From: Oscillospiraceae bacterium
GTDB taxonomy: Bacteria; Bacillota; Clostridia; Oscillospirales; Acutalibacteraceae
Direction: 5' to 3'
DNA: 64,000 nt
Assembly (NCBI GenBank): GCA_031280825.1
Contig: JAITGE010000011.1
Location: forward strand, 115-64,114
Part shown: in pieces, positions 27,476 to 35,293 of the stretch
Position numbering within the stretch: position 1 is the first letter of the stretch
Layout: the number at the start of each line of letters is the position of its first letter
Program-made: the position numbers and the translations under genes
Notes under the pieces: model-generated
The model's database searches: none
Told to the model about the DNA's origin: nothing
Seen by the model: the letters and a program-made list of their open reading frames with translations, nothing else

Positions 27476-28185
27476 ACGGCGAACACGCCCAGTTCTTCCA
27501 GCGACGGCAAAGGCTCACGGACAACAGGCGTGTAATATGTGTCGTACAGCCCATAGTACGGCTTACGCGCGAATTTGCAGTCTTTTACGTGTGCTTCGCA
27601 AACCTCCCAAGATACCTTACGCAATCCGCGCTTTAACCCTCTGCCTACAAGCTCTGTGTTACGGTCGGCTACCTTGGCTAGGGTTGTCTTGCTGATGTCA
27701 ACATAAGATGTATTTCGAAAAAACGGATGCTGGGAAAGATGCACGCAATAATCTGCGGCTCGGCGAATATTCAGGTCAACGGCATCATAAGCTTGCGAGG
27801 ATAACCACAGGCGGATATTGTTCTTGCGGAGAAAGTTGAAAAACTCATCATCGGAAGCAGTCCAATCTTTGTAACCACGAGCTGGCCAGAGAGTACGACA
27901 CTCATCAAGGAGAATAATACAATCGTGAAAATCATGATTATAGAGAAAAGCTTTATCCAGTTCCATGCGGTGAACACCTTGTTTAACGACTTCAACCAAA
28001 GGCAAACGAACAGCTCCATTGACAGGATAAGTGGAGAATAATGTCAAATCCAAGCGTTCCGAAATCTCTGTAGCCATACACAAAAGCGAAGACTTACCGG
28101 CACCACGGTCACCAACGATAAAAAGACATGTAGCATCGCCCAGAAGCCTTTTTATTTTTCTATTAATGAAATTTGAGAACCACAT
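27472..28185 (-). CDS. Zot/pI-like P-loop NTPase (inovirus assembly-ATPase family)
   Basis: 237 aa. Walker A GDRGAGKSS, Walker B CIILLDECRTLWPAR, then FFNFLRKNNIRLWLSSQAYDAVDLNIRR, matching the Zot-family pattern DEaq..w..R...f..hRh.g.d....Q....id..iR. The N-terminal two thirds are AT-rich. Confidence 0.7.
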   Translation of the reverse strand: MWFSNFINRKIKRLLGDATCLFIVGDRGAGKSSLLCMATEISERLDLTLFSTYPVNGAVRLPLVEVVKQGVHRMELDKAFLYNHDFHDCIILLDECRTLWPARGYKDWTASDDEFFNFLRKNNIRLWLSSQAYDAVDLNIRRAADYCVHLSQHPFFRNTSYVDISKTTLAKVADRNTELVGRGLKRGLRKVSWEVCEAHVKDCKFARKPYYGLYDTYYTPVVREPLPSLEELGVFAV

Positions 28186-28187
28186 AT

Positions 28188-28337
28188 TTAAAGCCTAACC
28201 ACCTTCCGAAACAGTAAAATAATGGAAATAAACGACAAAATGCCAGACAAAAACAAAGCCCAACGAATATCAGGTGTGACAAAAAACCACGTTAACCAAT
28301 CATAAAAACGGCTAAAAAAATCTGACCAGTAAGCCAT
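28188..28337 (-). CDS. 49-aa membrane protein with filamentous-phage coat-like architecture
   Basis: MAYWSDFFSRFYDWLTWFFVTPDIRW (amphipathic/acidic), ALFLSGILSFISIILLF (TM), RKVVRL (basic tail). RBS AAAGGGG lies 6 nt upstream. The gene ends 2 nt before the Zot-like ATG. Confidence 0.5.
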   Translation of the reverse strand: MAYWSDFFSRFYDWLTWFFVTPDIRWALFLSGILSFISIILLFRKVVRL

Positions 28338-28343
28338 AACAAA

Positions 28344-28359
28344 CCCCTTTCGAAAGGGG
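28344..28359. repeat. Perfect 16-bp palindrome CCCCTTTCGAAAGGGG
   Basis: Read directly. On the minus strand it is followed by TTTGTT and then the ATG of the 49-aa ORF. Confidence 0.9.
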
Positions 28360-28401
28360 ACTTCGTTAAAAATAAACCACACCTGACTGTCTGCCGGAAA
28401 A

Positions 28402-28659
28402 ATGAATTTCCCGCGCGTGGTGAAATTAAAACCCCGGCAACCGCGAAGCCTGGAATACATTCCTAAAAGCGCGAAAGTCGGCAGAACCCACGATGATTTT
28501 CTGGCGCATGTGGTTGGAAACGGTCTCAATTCCTGGGTCGAAACGGACACCGTGATCGGACGCGTCGGCGGAAAAGTCATCCTTACGCCGGATTTCACGT
28601 TCTGCAATTTTCAGGCGGGGCTGCTGCCGGACAACAGAACCTCGCCGGAAGCCGCCCTG
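28402..28659 (+). pseudogene. Relic of an IS30-family transposase (central fragment only)
   Basis: The plus-frame translation ...GNGLNSWVETDTVIGRVGGKVILT...LLPDNRTSPEA resembles the IS30 DDE region G(H/D)WE.DTV.G..G.k..LlTl.ER...lpdkts.av. There is no N-terminal HTH and no distal D/E region. Confidence 0.35.
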
Positions 28660-28766
28660 AGGAGCCCTCTTTTCGGAGTTGTTTGCCTTTGCCTTGTTAT
28701 CGGCGCACCTCCCCAAGATCCCTGTCCATCGCATTTCCGGTTCCTTTCCCATGCTTACCGCAGCGC

Positions 28767-30761
28767 TCACCCAGGTGGGGCGTGCCCCGTGCCGCCCTGC
28801 AATTCCTCAATGCGATCCCGCAAATAGGCGGCGTGCTCAAATTCCAACAGCTTCGCCGCCGCCTTCATTTCCACCGTCAACTGGCGTATCATCACTTCCC
28901 GCTCAGCGCGAGAGAGCCGCTTTGTTCCGTCGCTTGGCTTTTCCTTTGTGTCCTTCGGGATTTTACCCGTGATTTCGATGATTTCGCGCACATCCTTGCG
29001 AATGGTTTGCGGCACGATGCCGTGGGCTTCGTTATACGCGAGCTGCCTCTCACGGCGACGCTGGGTTTCCAGTAGCGCGCGCTCCATGGAAGGCGTCACT
29101 TCATCCCCATAAAGAATTACACGCCCCTCAGCGTTCCGCGCAGCGCGACCGATGGTTTGGATCAGCGACGTTTGTGAGCGTAAAAATCCTTCCTTGTCAG
29201 CATCCAACACCGCAACAAGCGATACCTCCGGCAAATCCAATCCCTCGCGAAGCAAATTGATGCCCACCAGCACATCGAATTCGCCCAAGCGCAAATCCCG
29301 CACGATTTCCATGCGCTCCATCGTTTGCACGTCACTGTGCATATATCGCACACGAATTCCGACCTTCTCAAAATACGCCGTCAAATCCTCCGCCATGCGC
29401 TTGGTGAGCGTTGTAACCAGAACACGTTCGCTCCGCGCGGCGCGGATATTGATTTCTGAAACCAGATCATCGATCTGCCCGGGCGTGGGGCGCACCTCAA
29501 CTTCGGGATCCACCAATCCTGTAGGGCGAATGATCTGCTCGGCGACCGCGCCGCTGTTTTGATATTCAAATTCGCCGGGCGTTGCACTGACGAAGATCTT
29601 CTGCCCAAACCGCTCCCAGACCTCGTCAAAGCACAGGGGGCGGTTATCATACGCGGAGGGCAAACGAAAGCCGTAGCCGATCAATTCATCCTTACGCGCG
29701 CGGTCGCCGGCGTACATTGCCCGGAGCTGCGGCAGCATCACGTGGGATTCATCCACAAACACAAGAAAATCCGAAGGGAAAAAATCCAGCAGCGTGAACG
29801 GTGCAGAACCGGGCGACCGCCCCGCCATCACGCGGGAATAATTTTCAATTCCCTTGCAAAAGCCTGTTTCACGCAGCATTTCCATGTCATAAAGCGTGCG
29901 CTGTCGAATGCGCTGCGCCTCAATAAGCTTCCCGCCACGCTCAAATTCCGCCACGCGATCCATCATTTCCGCCTGGATGGTTACGATGGCGTCCTCCAAA
30001 CGCTCCGGCGGCACAACATAATGTGAAGCCGGATAAATCGCCACATGCTGCAGCGTCGCCCGCACCTCGCCTGTAAGCGCAGTAATTTCGCTGATGCGCT
30101 CAATCTCATCGCCGAAAAACTCCACGCGCAGCGCAACCTCGCTGGATCTTGAAGGAAAAATTTCGACAACATCACCGCGCACACGGAACTTATTGCGCGT
30201 GAAGCTCAGATCGTTGCGTTCATAACGAATTTCTATCAGCCGCCCAATCAGCCATTCGCGGCTGCGTTCCATGCCGGGGCGCAGCGAAACCACCATACGC
30301 TTATAATCATCGGGCGTGCCCAGTGAATAAATGCACGAAACGCTCGAAACGATGATTACATCCCGCCGCTCCACCAACGCAGAGGTTGCGGAATGGCGCA
30401 GTTTATCAATTTCCTCATTGATAGAGGAATCCTTTTCAATGTAGGTATCGGTCGCGGAAATATACGCTTCGGGCTGATAATAATCATAGTAGCTCACAAA
30501 ATATTCAACTGCGTTTTTGGGAAAGAACTCGCGGAACTCACCACAGAGTTGCGCTGCCAGGGTCTTGTTATGCGCAAGCACCAAAGCCGGGCGGTTCGCT
30601 TGGGCAATGATGTTCGCCATGGTGAAGGTTTTACCCGAACCCGTAACGCCCAGTAGCGTCTGCGCGTCCTCCCCTGCCCGCAGCCCGGCAAGCAGTGCGG
30701 CGACCGCCTGCGGTTGGTCGCCCGTCGGCGCAAAAGTGGAATGCAACTGAAACGCATCCAT
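28767..30761 (-). CDS. uvrB: Excinuclease ABC subunit B
   Basis: 664 aa. [10 protein letters not shown], Walker [10 protein letters not shown]-terminal UVR domain ([14 protein letters not shown]). Confidence 0.97.
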   Translation of the reverse strand: MDAFQLHSTFAPTGDQPQAVAALLAGLRAGEDAQTLLGVTGSGKTFTMANIIAQANRPALVLAHNKTLAAQLCGEFREFFPKNAVEYFVSYYDYYQPEAYISATDTYIEKDSSINEEIDKLRHSATSALVERRDVIIVSSVSCIYSLGTPDDYKRMVVSLRPGMERSREWLIGRLIEIRYERNDLSFTRNKFRVRGDVVEIFPSRSSEVALRVEFFGDEIERISEITALTGEVRATLQHVAIYPASHYVVPPERLEDAIVTIQAEMMDRVAEFERGGKLIEAQRIRQRTLYDMEMLRETGFCKGIENYSRVMAGRSPGSAPFTLLDFFPSDFLVFVDESHVMLPQLRAMYAGDRARKDELIGYGFRLPSAYDNRPLCFDEVWERFGQKIFVSATPGEFEYQNSGAVAEQIIRPTGLVDPEVEVRPTPGQIDDLVSEINIRAARSERVLVTTLTKRMAEDLTAYFEKVGIRVRYMHSDVQTMERMEIVRDLRLGEFDVLVGINLLREGLDLPEVSLVAVLDADKEGFLRSQTSLIQTIGRAARNAEGRVILYGDEVTPSMERALLETQRRRERQLAYNEAHGIVPQTIRKDVREIIEITGKIPKDTKEKPSDGTKRLSRAEREVMIRQLTVEMKAAAKLLEFEHAAYLRDRIEELQGGTGHAPPG

Positions 30762-30776
30762 AGCTTGCTTCCTTTC

Positions 30777-32699
30777 TCAGCTTTTTGCCGGTCTGCGCGC
30801 CGCGCGCAAAAGCGCGTCTAACAGGCAATTGGTGTAAATCTGTATGGCCGGCGCGTCGGCGGCATTGCTCTTAAAATGCGTTTTATCCGCCTGCAGCAAA
30901 TCCGCTCTGCCGTCAATCGCCGCCGCCCAATCCGCCACCGTTACATAGCTGTATTTCGCCTCCAGCGTACGCATATACTGCATTGTTTTGTAGGCGCTCC
31001 AGCCTGCGTCCCAACGCCCGTCAAAGGGCGTAACAAAAATCAACCGGTGCCCCGGCGGCAAATCCGCGGCAATATCCTCAATCGCTTTGACGTATGGATG
31101 GATGCCGTTCGCACCCAAAGCGACGATCACGGTTTCACGCAGCACATCCGCCTGCACCCACGCGCGCAAAAGAGCAAGCCCCTGCGTAAGGTTACGCGAA
31201 CCCTTGGCATCAATCACGCAGTTGGGCATCGCAGCCAGCAAAGCCGTGCGAGCGTCCAGGCAAACAGAATCCCCAATAACCGAAACGCCCCGCAGAATGC
31301 CGCTCACAGGCTTAGCGGCGCTTGCAGACGGCGCGGCAGCCGCGGGCGGCTTCAGTGGCTTTGGCAGGCTCTTTTGCAGCTGCGGCAATGCGTTAAACCC
31401 ATCAGCAAACCGCACGGGACGCGGGTGGAGCGCTGCCGCAAGCCGCTTGACATCGCGCACCGCATCCGCATCCTGCGCAATTTCCTGCAACAGCAGTCCT
31501 TCTTCAATGGAATTCACCGCCGGTGCGCGATAAAGCATATAACCGTTCAGCCCAACGCACGCGCAAAGCAGCGCCGCCAAAGCAGGCTTGGCGAATTTCA
31601 GTTTAATTGCAAGAGCCTTTCCCTGCCAAACAGGCTCCAGCAAATAGTATTCGAACGCCGAAAAAGCCAAGGAAAGCGAAAATGACGCCAGCGCCGCCCC
31701 GGCAGGAGGTTTGACGCGCTGCGAAAGCACAATAAACAGCGGCCAATGGTACAGATACATATTATAGGAAAGCTCACCCAAAACCGACAGCAGCTTGGGT
31801 TCGCCGCGGCGCGAGGACACGCTTTCATGGAGCACCCTTGCTGAAAAGATCAACAAAGCGGAAAAAATACCCGCCAGCGGCATACCCAGCAAAAACGCTT
31901 TTTGCTCGGCGAAGGAAAGCTTCGCCGCCAGCACACCAAGCCCGGCAACGGAAACGCACAGCCCTGTGGCAGACAACGCGCGCACGGGTATCATTTTCAG
32001 CAAGCGAGCTGCCCGTTCCCCCGTGCGCATTCCAAAGAGCGCACCGACCGCCGCACCCAGCATAAAGGGAAAGCCATGTGACGCGGTGGAATAATAGGGC
32101 GCGGAAAAATCACCCGCAGCCTCCCGCACCGCAAGAAACATTTTGAGGTAGGACAGCCCCGCCAAGAGCAAAGCCACACCAAACAGGGCAATGCGCAAAT
32201 CCGCACGGCGGCGCGGCGCACATTTTGTGTACAATCTGCTCAGCACAGCGAACAATAAGCCCCAAATGATGTAAAAATGCGCTTCCACAGCCAGCGACCA
32301 GGTGTGCAAAAGCAGATGCGGCAGCAGCCGCGCCTCGTAGCCGCCGCCGCGCAGTGTTTCATAATAGTTCGTAATAAACCCCAGCGCAGCAGCAGCCTGC
32401 CGCCTGAGATCCGCCGTAAAATCAGGCGCAACCAGGAGCGCAAAGGGCAGCGCAAGCCCCACCGCGCAGGCAAGCGCGGGAAAAATGCGCAAAAAACGCC
32501 GTCTTGCGTAAGCAAGCAGCGAAAATCGCCCGCTTTTACGATATTCCTCCAGGAGCAGTGCGGTGATAAGGTAGCCTGAAAAAACAAAAAAAACATCCAC
32601 GCCAAGAAAGCCGCCGGGCAGCAGCTTGGGGAAGAAATGATATACCAGCACCAGCGACAAGCCCAGCACCCGCACGATGCTAAACCAACGAATCCGCAT
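30777..32699 (-). CDS. Acyltransferase-3 / SGNH two-domain O-acetyltransferase (OatA-like)
   Basis: 640 aa. N-terminal multi-TM AT3 domain (GFLGVDVFFVFSGYLIT) and a C-terminal SGNH domain with a GDS block (VIGDSV). Confidence 0.85.
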   Translation of the reverse strand: MRIRWFSIVRVLGLSLVLVYHFFPKLLPGGFLGVDVFFVFSGYLITALLLEEYRKSGRFSLLAYARRRFLRIFPALACAVGLALPFALLVAPDFTADLRRQAAAALGFITNYYETLRGGGYEARLLPHLLLHTWSLAVEAHFYIIWGLLFAVLSRLYTKCAPRRRADLRIALFGVALLLAGLSYLKMFLAVREAAGDFSAPYYSTASHGFPFMLGAAVGALFGMRTGERAARLLKMIPVRALSATGLCVSVAGLGVLAAKLSFAEQKAFLLGMPLAGIFSALLIFSARVLHESVSSRRGEPKLLSVLGELSYNMYLYHWPLFIVLSQRVKPPAGAALASFSLSLAFSAFEYYLLEPVWQGKALAIKLKFAKPALAALLCACVGLNGYMLYRAPAVNSIEEGLLLQEIAQDADAVRDVKRLAAALHPRPVRFADGFNALPQLQKSLPKPLKPPAAAAPSASAAKPVSGILRGVSVIGDSVCLDARTALLAAMPNCVIDAKGSRNLTQGLALLRAWVQADVLRETVIVALGANGIHPYVKAIEDIAADLPPGHRLIFVTPFDGRWDAGWSAYKTMQYMRTLEAKYSYVTVADWAAAIDGRADLLQADKTHFKSNAADAPAIQIYTNCLLDALLRAARRPAKS

Positions 32700-32745
32700 C
32701 TTACCCCCACATTTTCCCTGCTTTTACACACAAATCAGCATCCGC

Positions 32746-33642
32746 TCAATTTCCCCGGTATCTTGCACCCATATTCCACACGCCCATTTCCTGCTTGCCG
32801 TTTTTTTCTATGATGGCTCCGATGCCGTCAAACACGCCCGCGCGAAAGCCACCCTCATATCGCCAACCCTCCGGGCTGCGGTAGATGCCTGTGCCATCCG
32901 GCAGCCCTGCCGCAAATGAGCCTTCATATCGCACAGCTTCACCCTCATAATACACCCCGTGCCCCTCAAACAAGCCGCTCAAAAAGCCGCCTTCATAGCG
33001 AAACGTGCCCTGCGGATCTTTATATTCGCCCTGCCCCTCAAAATGTCCGCCCGCAAAGTCTCCTTGGTAGACCAACGCCCCGCCGACGGCGCAATATGTC
33101 CCCGCACCCCATGCGTCCCCGCGCAAAAATCCGCCCGTGTAGCAGCTGCCGTCAGCGAAGATAAAGCGCCCCTGCCCCGTTTGCCCGCGCTCACCCCAAA
33201 GCCCCTCATAATCCCAACCGTATTCCGAAAAAAAACGCGGTCGCCGCGACTCATCCGCAGCAAACGTCAGCACGCCGCCGCTTTCGCTTTCCAAAACGCC
33301 CTCACCCGTCATTTCCCCTTGCGCAAATTGCCCGGCATAACGCCAGCCCTCAACCGAAGCGAATGTACCCGCGCCGTCAAAACGACCGTTGGCAAATGTG
33401 CCGATATAAACGCTGCCATCGGCGAAGGTTACCGCGCCGCTGCCGTCAAAGCGACCGAGGCGCAGCGTGCCTGAATACCGCAGCAAAGCGGCGTAATCGT
33501 GCCGATCCTGCCTTGAAACAACGCCAAACACTCCCAGCGCGTAACACGCAAGGAAGAGCATAAGCAACAGAACGCCGCACGCTTTCAGCCGCGTTGACGC
33601 AAAAAATTTCGACATCTTCCGGATGGCCGGCATTCGCTTCAT
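32746..33642 (-). CDS. Membrane-anchored MORN-repeat protein
   Basis: 298 aa from MKRMPAIRK; the ATG overlaps the upstream stop (ATGA). One TM, then ~10 repeats of the Y.G.F..G...G.G type. Confidence 0.75.
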   Translation of the reverse strand: MKRMPAIRKMSKFFASTRLKACGVLLLMLFLACYALGVFGVVSRQDRHDYAALLRYSGTLRLGRFDGSGAVTFADGSVYIGTFANGRFDGAGTFASVEGWRYAGQFAQGEMTGEGVLESESGGVLTFAADESRRPRFFSEYGWDYEGLWGERGQTGQGRFIFADGSCYTGGFLRGDAWGAGTYCAVGGALVYQGDFAGGHFEGQGEYKDPQGTFRYEGGFLSGLFEGHGVYYEGEAVRYEGSFAAGLPDGTGIYRSPEGWRYEGGFRAGVFDGIGAIIEKNGKQEMGVWNMGARYRGN

Positions 33643-35291
33643 CCCCCGCTCAGGTTCTCCTCCGCGTCCTCGCGCAGCGCGGTCAAAAGCCGCCGCGCCG
33701 CTTCCTCCATCGTGCATTCGCCGGGCGGGAACTGTACCGCCGCCATGGTCTGGTGTCCACCGCCACCCATTCGTTCCATGATCCGCTGCACATTGCGCGC
33801 ACCCAGCGAACGCGCGGAAATGCAAATTTGCTCATTTTCGCTGAAAAGAACGAACGCGGCGTCTACATCCTCCAGGTTCAGCAGCTCGTCGGCCGCCTGT
33901 GCGCAAAGCAACCGCCATGTGCCGCCTTCGCCCTCCCCAGCCTCCGCCGAGCCAAGCGCCACGCTCACAGCGCAATGATCAAAGAGCTTCGCGCCGGCAA
34001 CAATCTCCGTGCGGCGGCGAAATTCCTCCTGCCCGCCAGCGAACAGGCGGCGCACGCGAACCGTATCCGCGCCACGCCCGCGCAGCCATGCCGCCGCCTC
34101 AAAGGTGGACGCCGCCGTGCGCAGCAAAAATCCGCGTGTGTCCAAATAAATCCCGGCTAAAAGCGCTTCTGCCTGCACACGGCTGAGCTTGGGCGCGGGC
34201 GCGGAATACTGCAGCAGCTCCACCACCATTTCGCTGGCGGAGGACGCTCCCGGCTCATGGTGAAATACCACCGCGCCGCGCAAATAATCCACCGCCTGCC
34301 GGTGATGGTCAATCACCGCCAATGCTTTTGCCTGCGCGCACAGCTCCGGGCTTTCAGCCTGGTGCGCCGTATGGGTATCCACCACAATCACCAGTGTTTT
34401 AACGCTCAGTTCCGCGATCGCCTGCTTTGGCGGCAAAATCGGAATAGCGCTTGCATCCACCCGCAAATGCTCCACAAGCGGCTGCGCAAGCGAATTTGCC
34501 ACATCCATAACAATCGCTGCGGGCTTGCCAAGGCATCGCGCCAACGCGCAAACGCCCACCGCCGCGCCAAGGCAATCAAAATCGCCGCTGCGGTGCCCCA
34601 TCACCAACACGCGCTCGCTGCCCTTGATAAGCTCTGCAAAGGCCGTGGCAAGAATGCGCACACGCACCTTTTCGGTTTTTTCAACGCGCTTGCTCACCCC
34701 GCCAAAAAACTGATAACTCAGATCGGGATTTTTCACCGCTGCCTGATCGCCGCCGCGCCCCAACGCCAATTCCAGCGCCTGGCGGCTGTTTTTCTCACAT
34801 TCGGCAAAGCTCTCGCCCTGCCCAACACCGATAGAAAGCGTCACATCCACCTTGCGTTCGCGGAAAGTGAAGCCCCGCACGGCATCCAAAATTGGGAAAC
34901 GGGTTTGCAGCATCTGCTCCAGCGCGGGTTGCAGCACAATGAGCAAAAAACGGTTATCCGCCAGCTTTGCCAGCAGACCGCTGTGCTTGACCGCCCATTC
35001 CTCCAGAAGCGCCTCCACGCCCGCGCGGATTTCTACCCGTTCGCTTTCACGCAGTTCCTGCCGCAGTTCATCCACACCGTCAAGCGCAATGCGCAGCACG
35101 CAGGCATGGCGGCGTTTCAGCTGTCGGCGCAGCGCTGCGGGATCGTCGGTTTCCGGCGAAAGCGCCTCCGCTTCCTGCCGCTTGCGCTTGCGGCGAAGGC
35201 GGAACAATGCCGCGGCAAGCAGCACACAAGCAACCAGCAGCAACACCGCCGCTCCGAACAAGGCGGCAATCAGGCGATCTGTTCCCTCCAT
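33639..35291 (-). CDS. GdpP-like DHH/DHHA1 phosphoesterase with a degenerate GGDEF domain
   Basis: 550 aa. One N-terminal TM, GGDEF-like region (LSIGVGQGESF), DHH-family motifs (GHRSGDFDCLGA, VVDTH) and the DHHA1 GGGH motif (MGGGGHQ). Confidence 0.7.
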   Translation of the reverse strand: MEGTDRLIAALFGAAVLLLVACVLLAAALFRLRRKRKRQEAEALSPETDDPAALRRQLKRRHACVLRIALDGVDELRQELRESERVEIRAGVEALLEEWAVKHSGLLAKLADNRFLLIVLQPALEQMLQTRFPILDAVRGFTFRERKVDVTLSIGVGQGESFAECEKNSRQALELALGRGGDQAAVKNPDLSYQFFGGVSKRVEKTEKVRVRILATAFAELIKGSERVLVMGHRSGDFDCLGAAVGVCALARCLGKPAAIVMDVANSLAQPLVEHLRVDASAIPILPPKQAIAELSVKTLVIVVDTHTAHQAESPELCAQAKALAVIDHHRQAVDYLRGAVVFHHEPGASSASEMVVELLQYSAPAPKLSRVQAEALLAGIYLDTRGFLLRTAASTFEAAAWLRGRGADTVRVRRLFAGGQEEFRRRTEIVAGAKLFDHCAVSVALGSAEAGEGEGGTWRLLCAQAADELLNLEDVDAAFVLFSENEQICISARSLGARNVQRIMERMGGGGHQTMAAVQFPPGECTMEEAARRLLTALREDAEENLSGG

Positions 35292-35293
35292 GA

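Larger units (their letters stand above)
27260..28659. mobile_element. Composite accessory island: inovirus-like three-gene remnant plus IS30 relic
   Basis: Hand counts of 60-nt lines give roughly 32-48% GC across 27.8-28.4 kb versus ~60% in the flanks. The content is phage/IS-type and the island sits between uvrB and the recombinase/dif-like site. Confidence 0.5.

Noticed and set aside
252-28359. Recurrence of the palindromic octamer TTTCGAAA (near 254, 3192, 27713 and 28348), two copies of which flank the two-component operon.
   Set aside because: The flanking sequences share no extended similarity. The copies sit in locally AT-richer DNA where chance occurrence is plausible, and there is no evidence for a repeat family.
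28426-28770. 114-aa basic minus-strand ORF starting at the uvrB stop.
   Set aside because: It has no recognisable motif and competes with the plus-strand IS30-like frame on the same DNA. I kept it only as an alternative in the findings, not as a feature.
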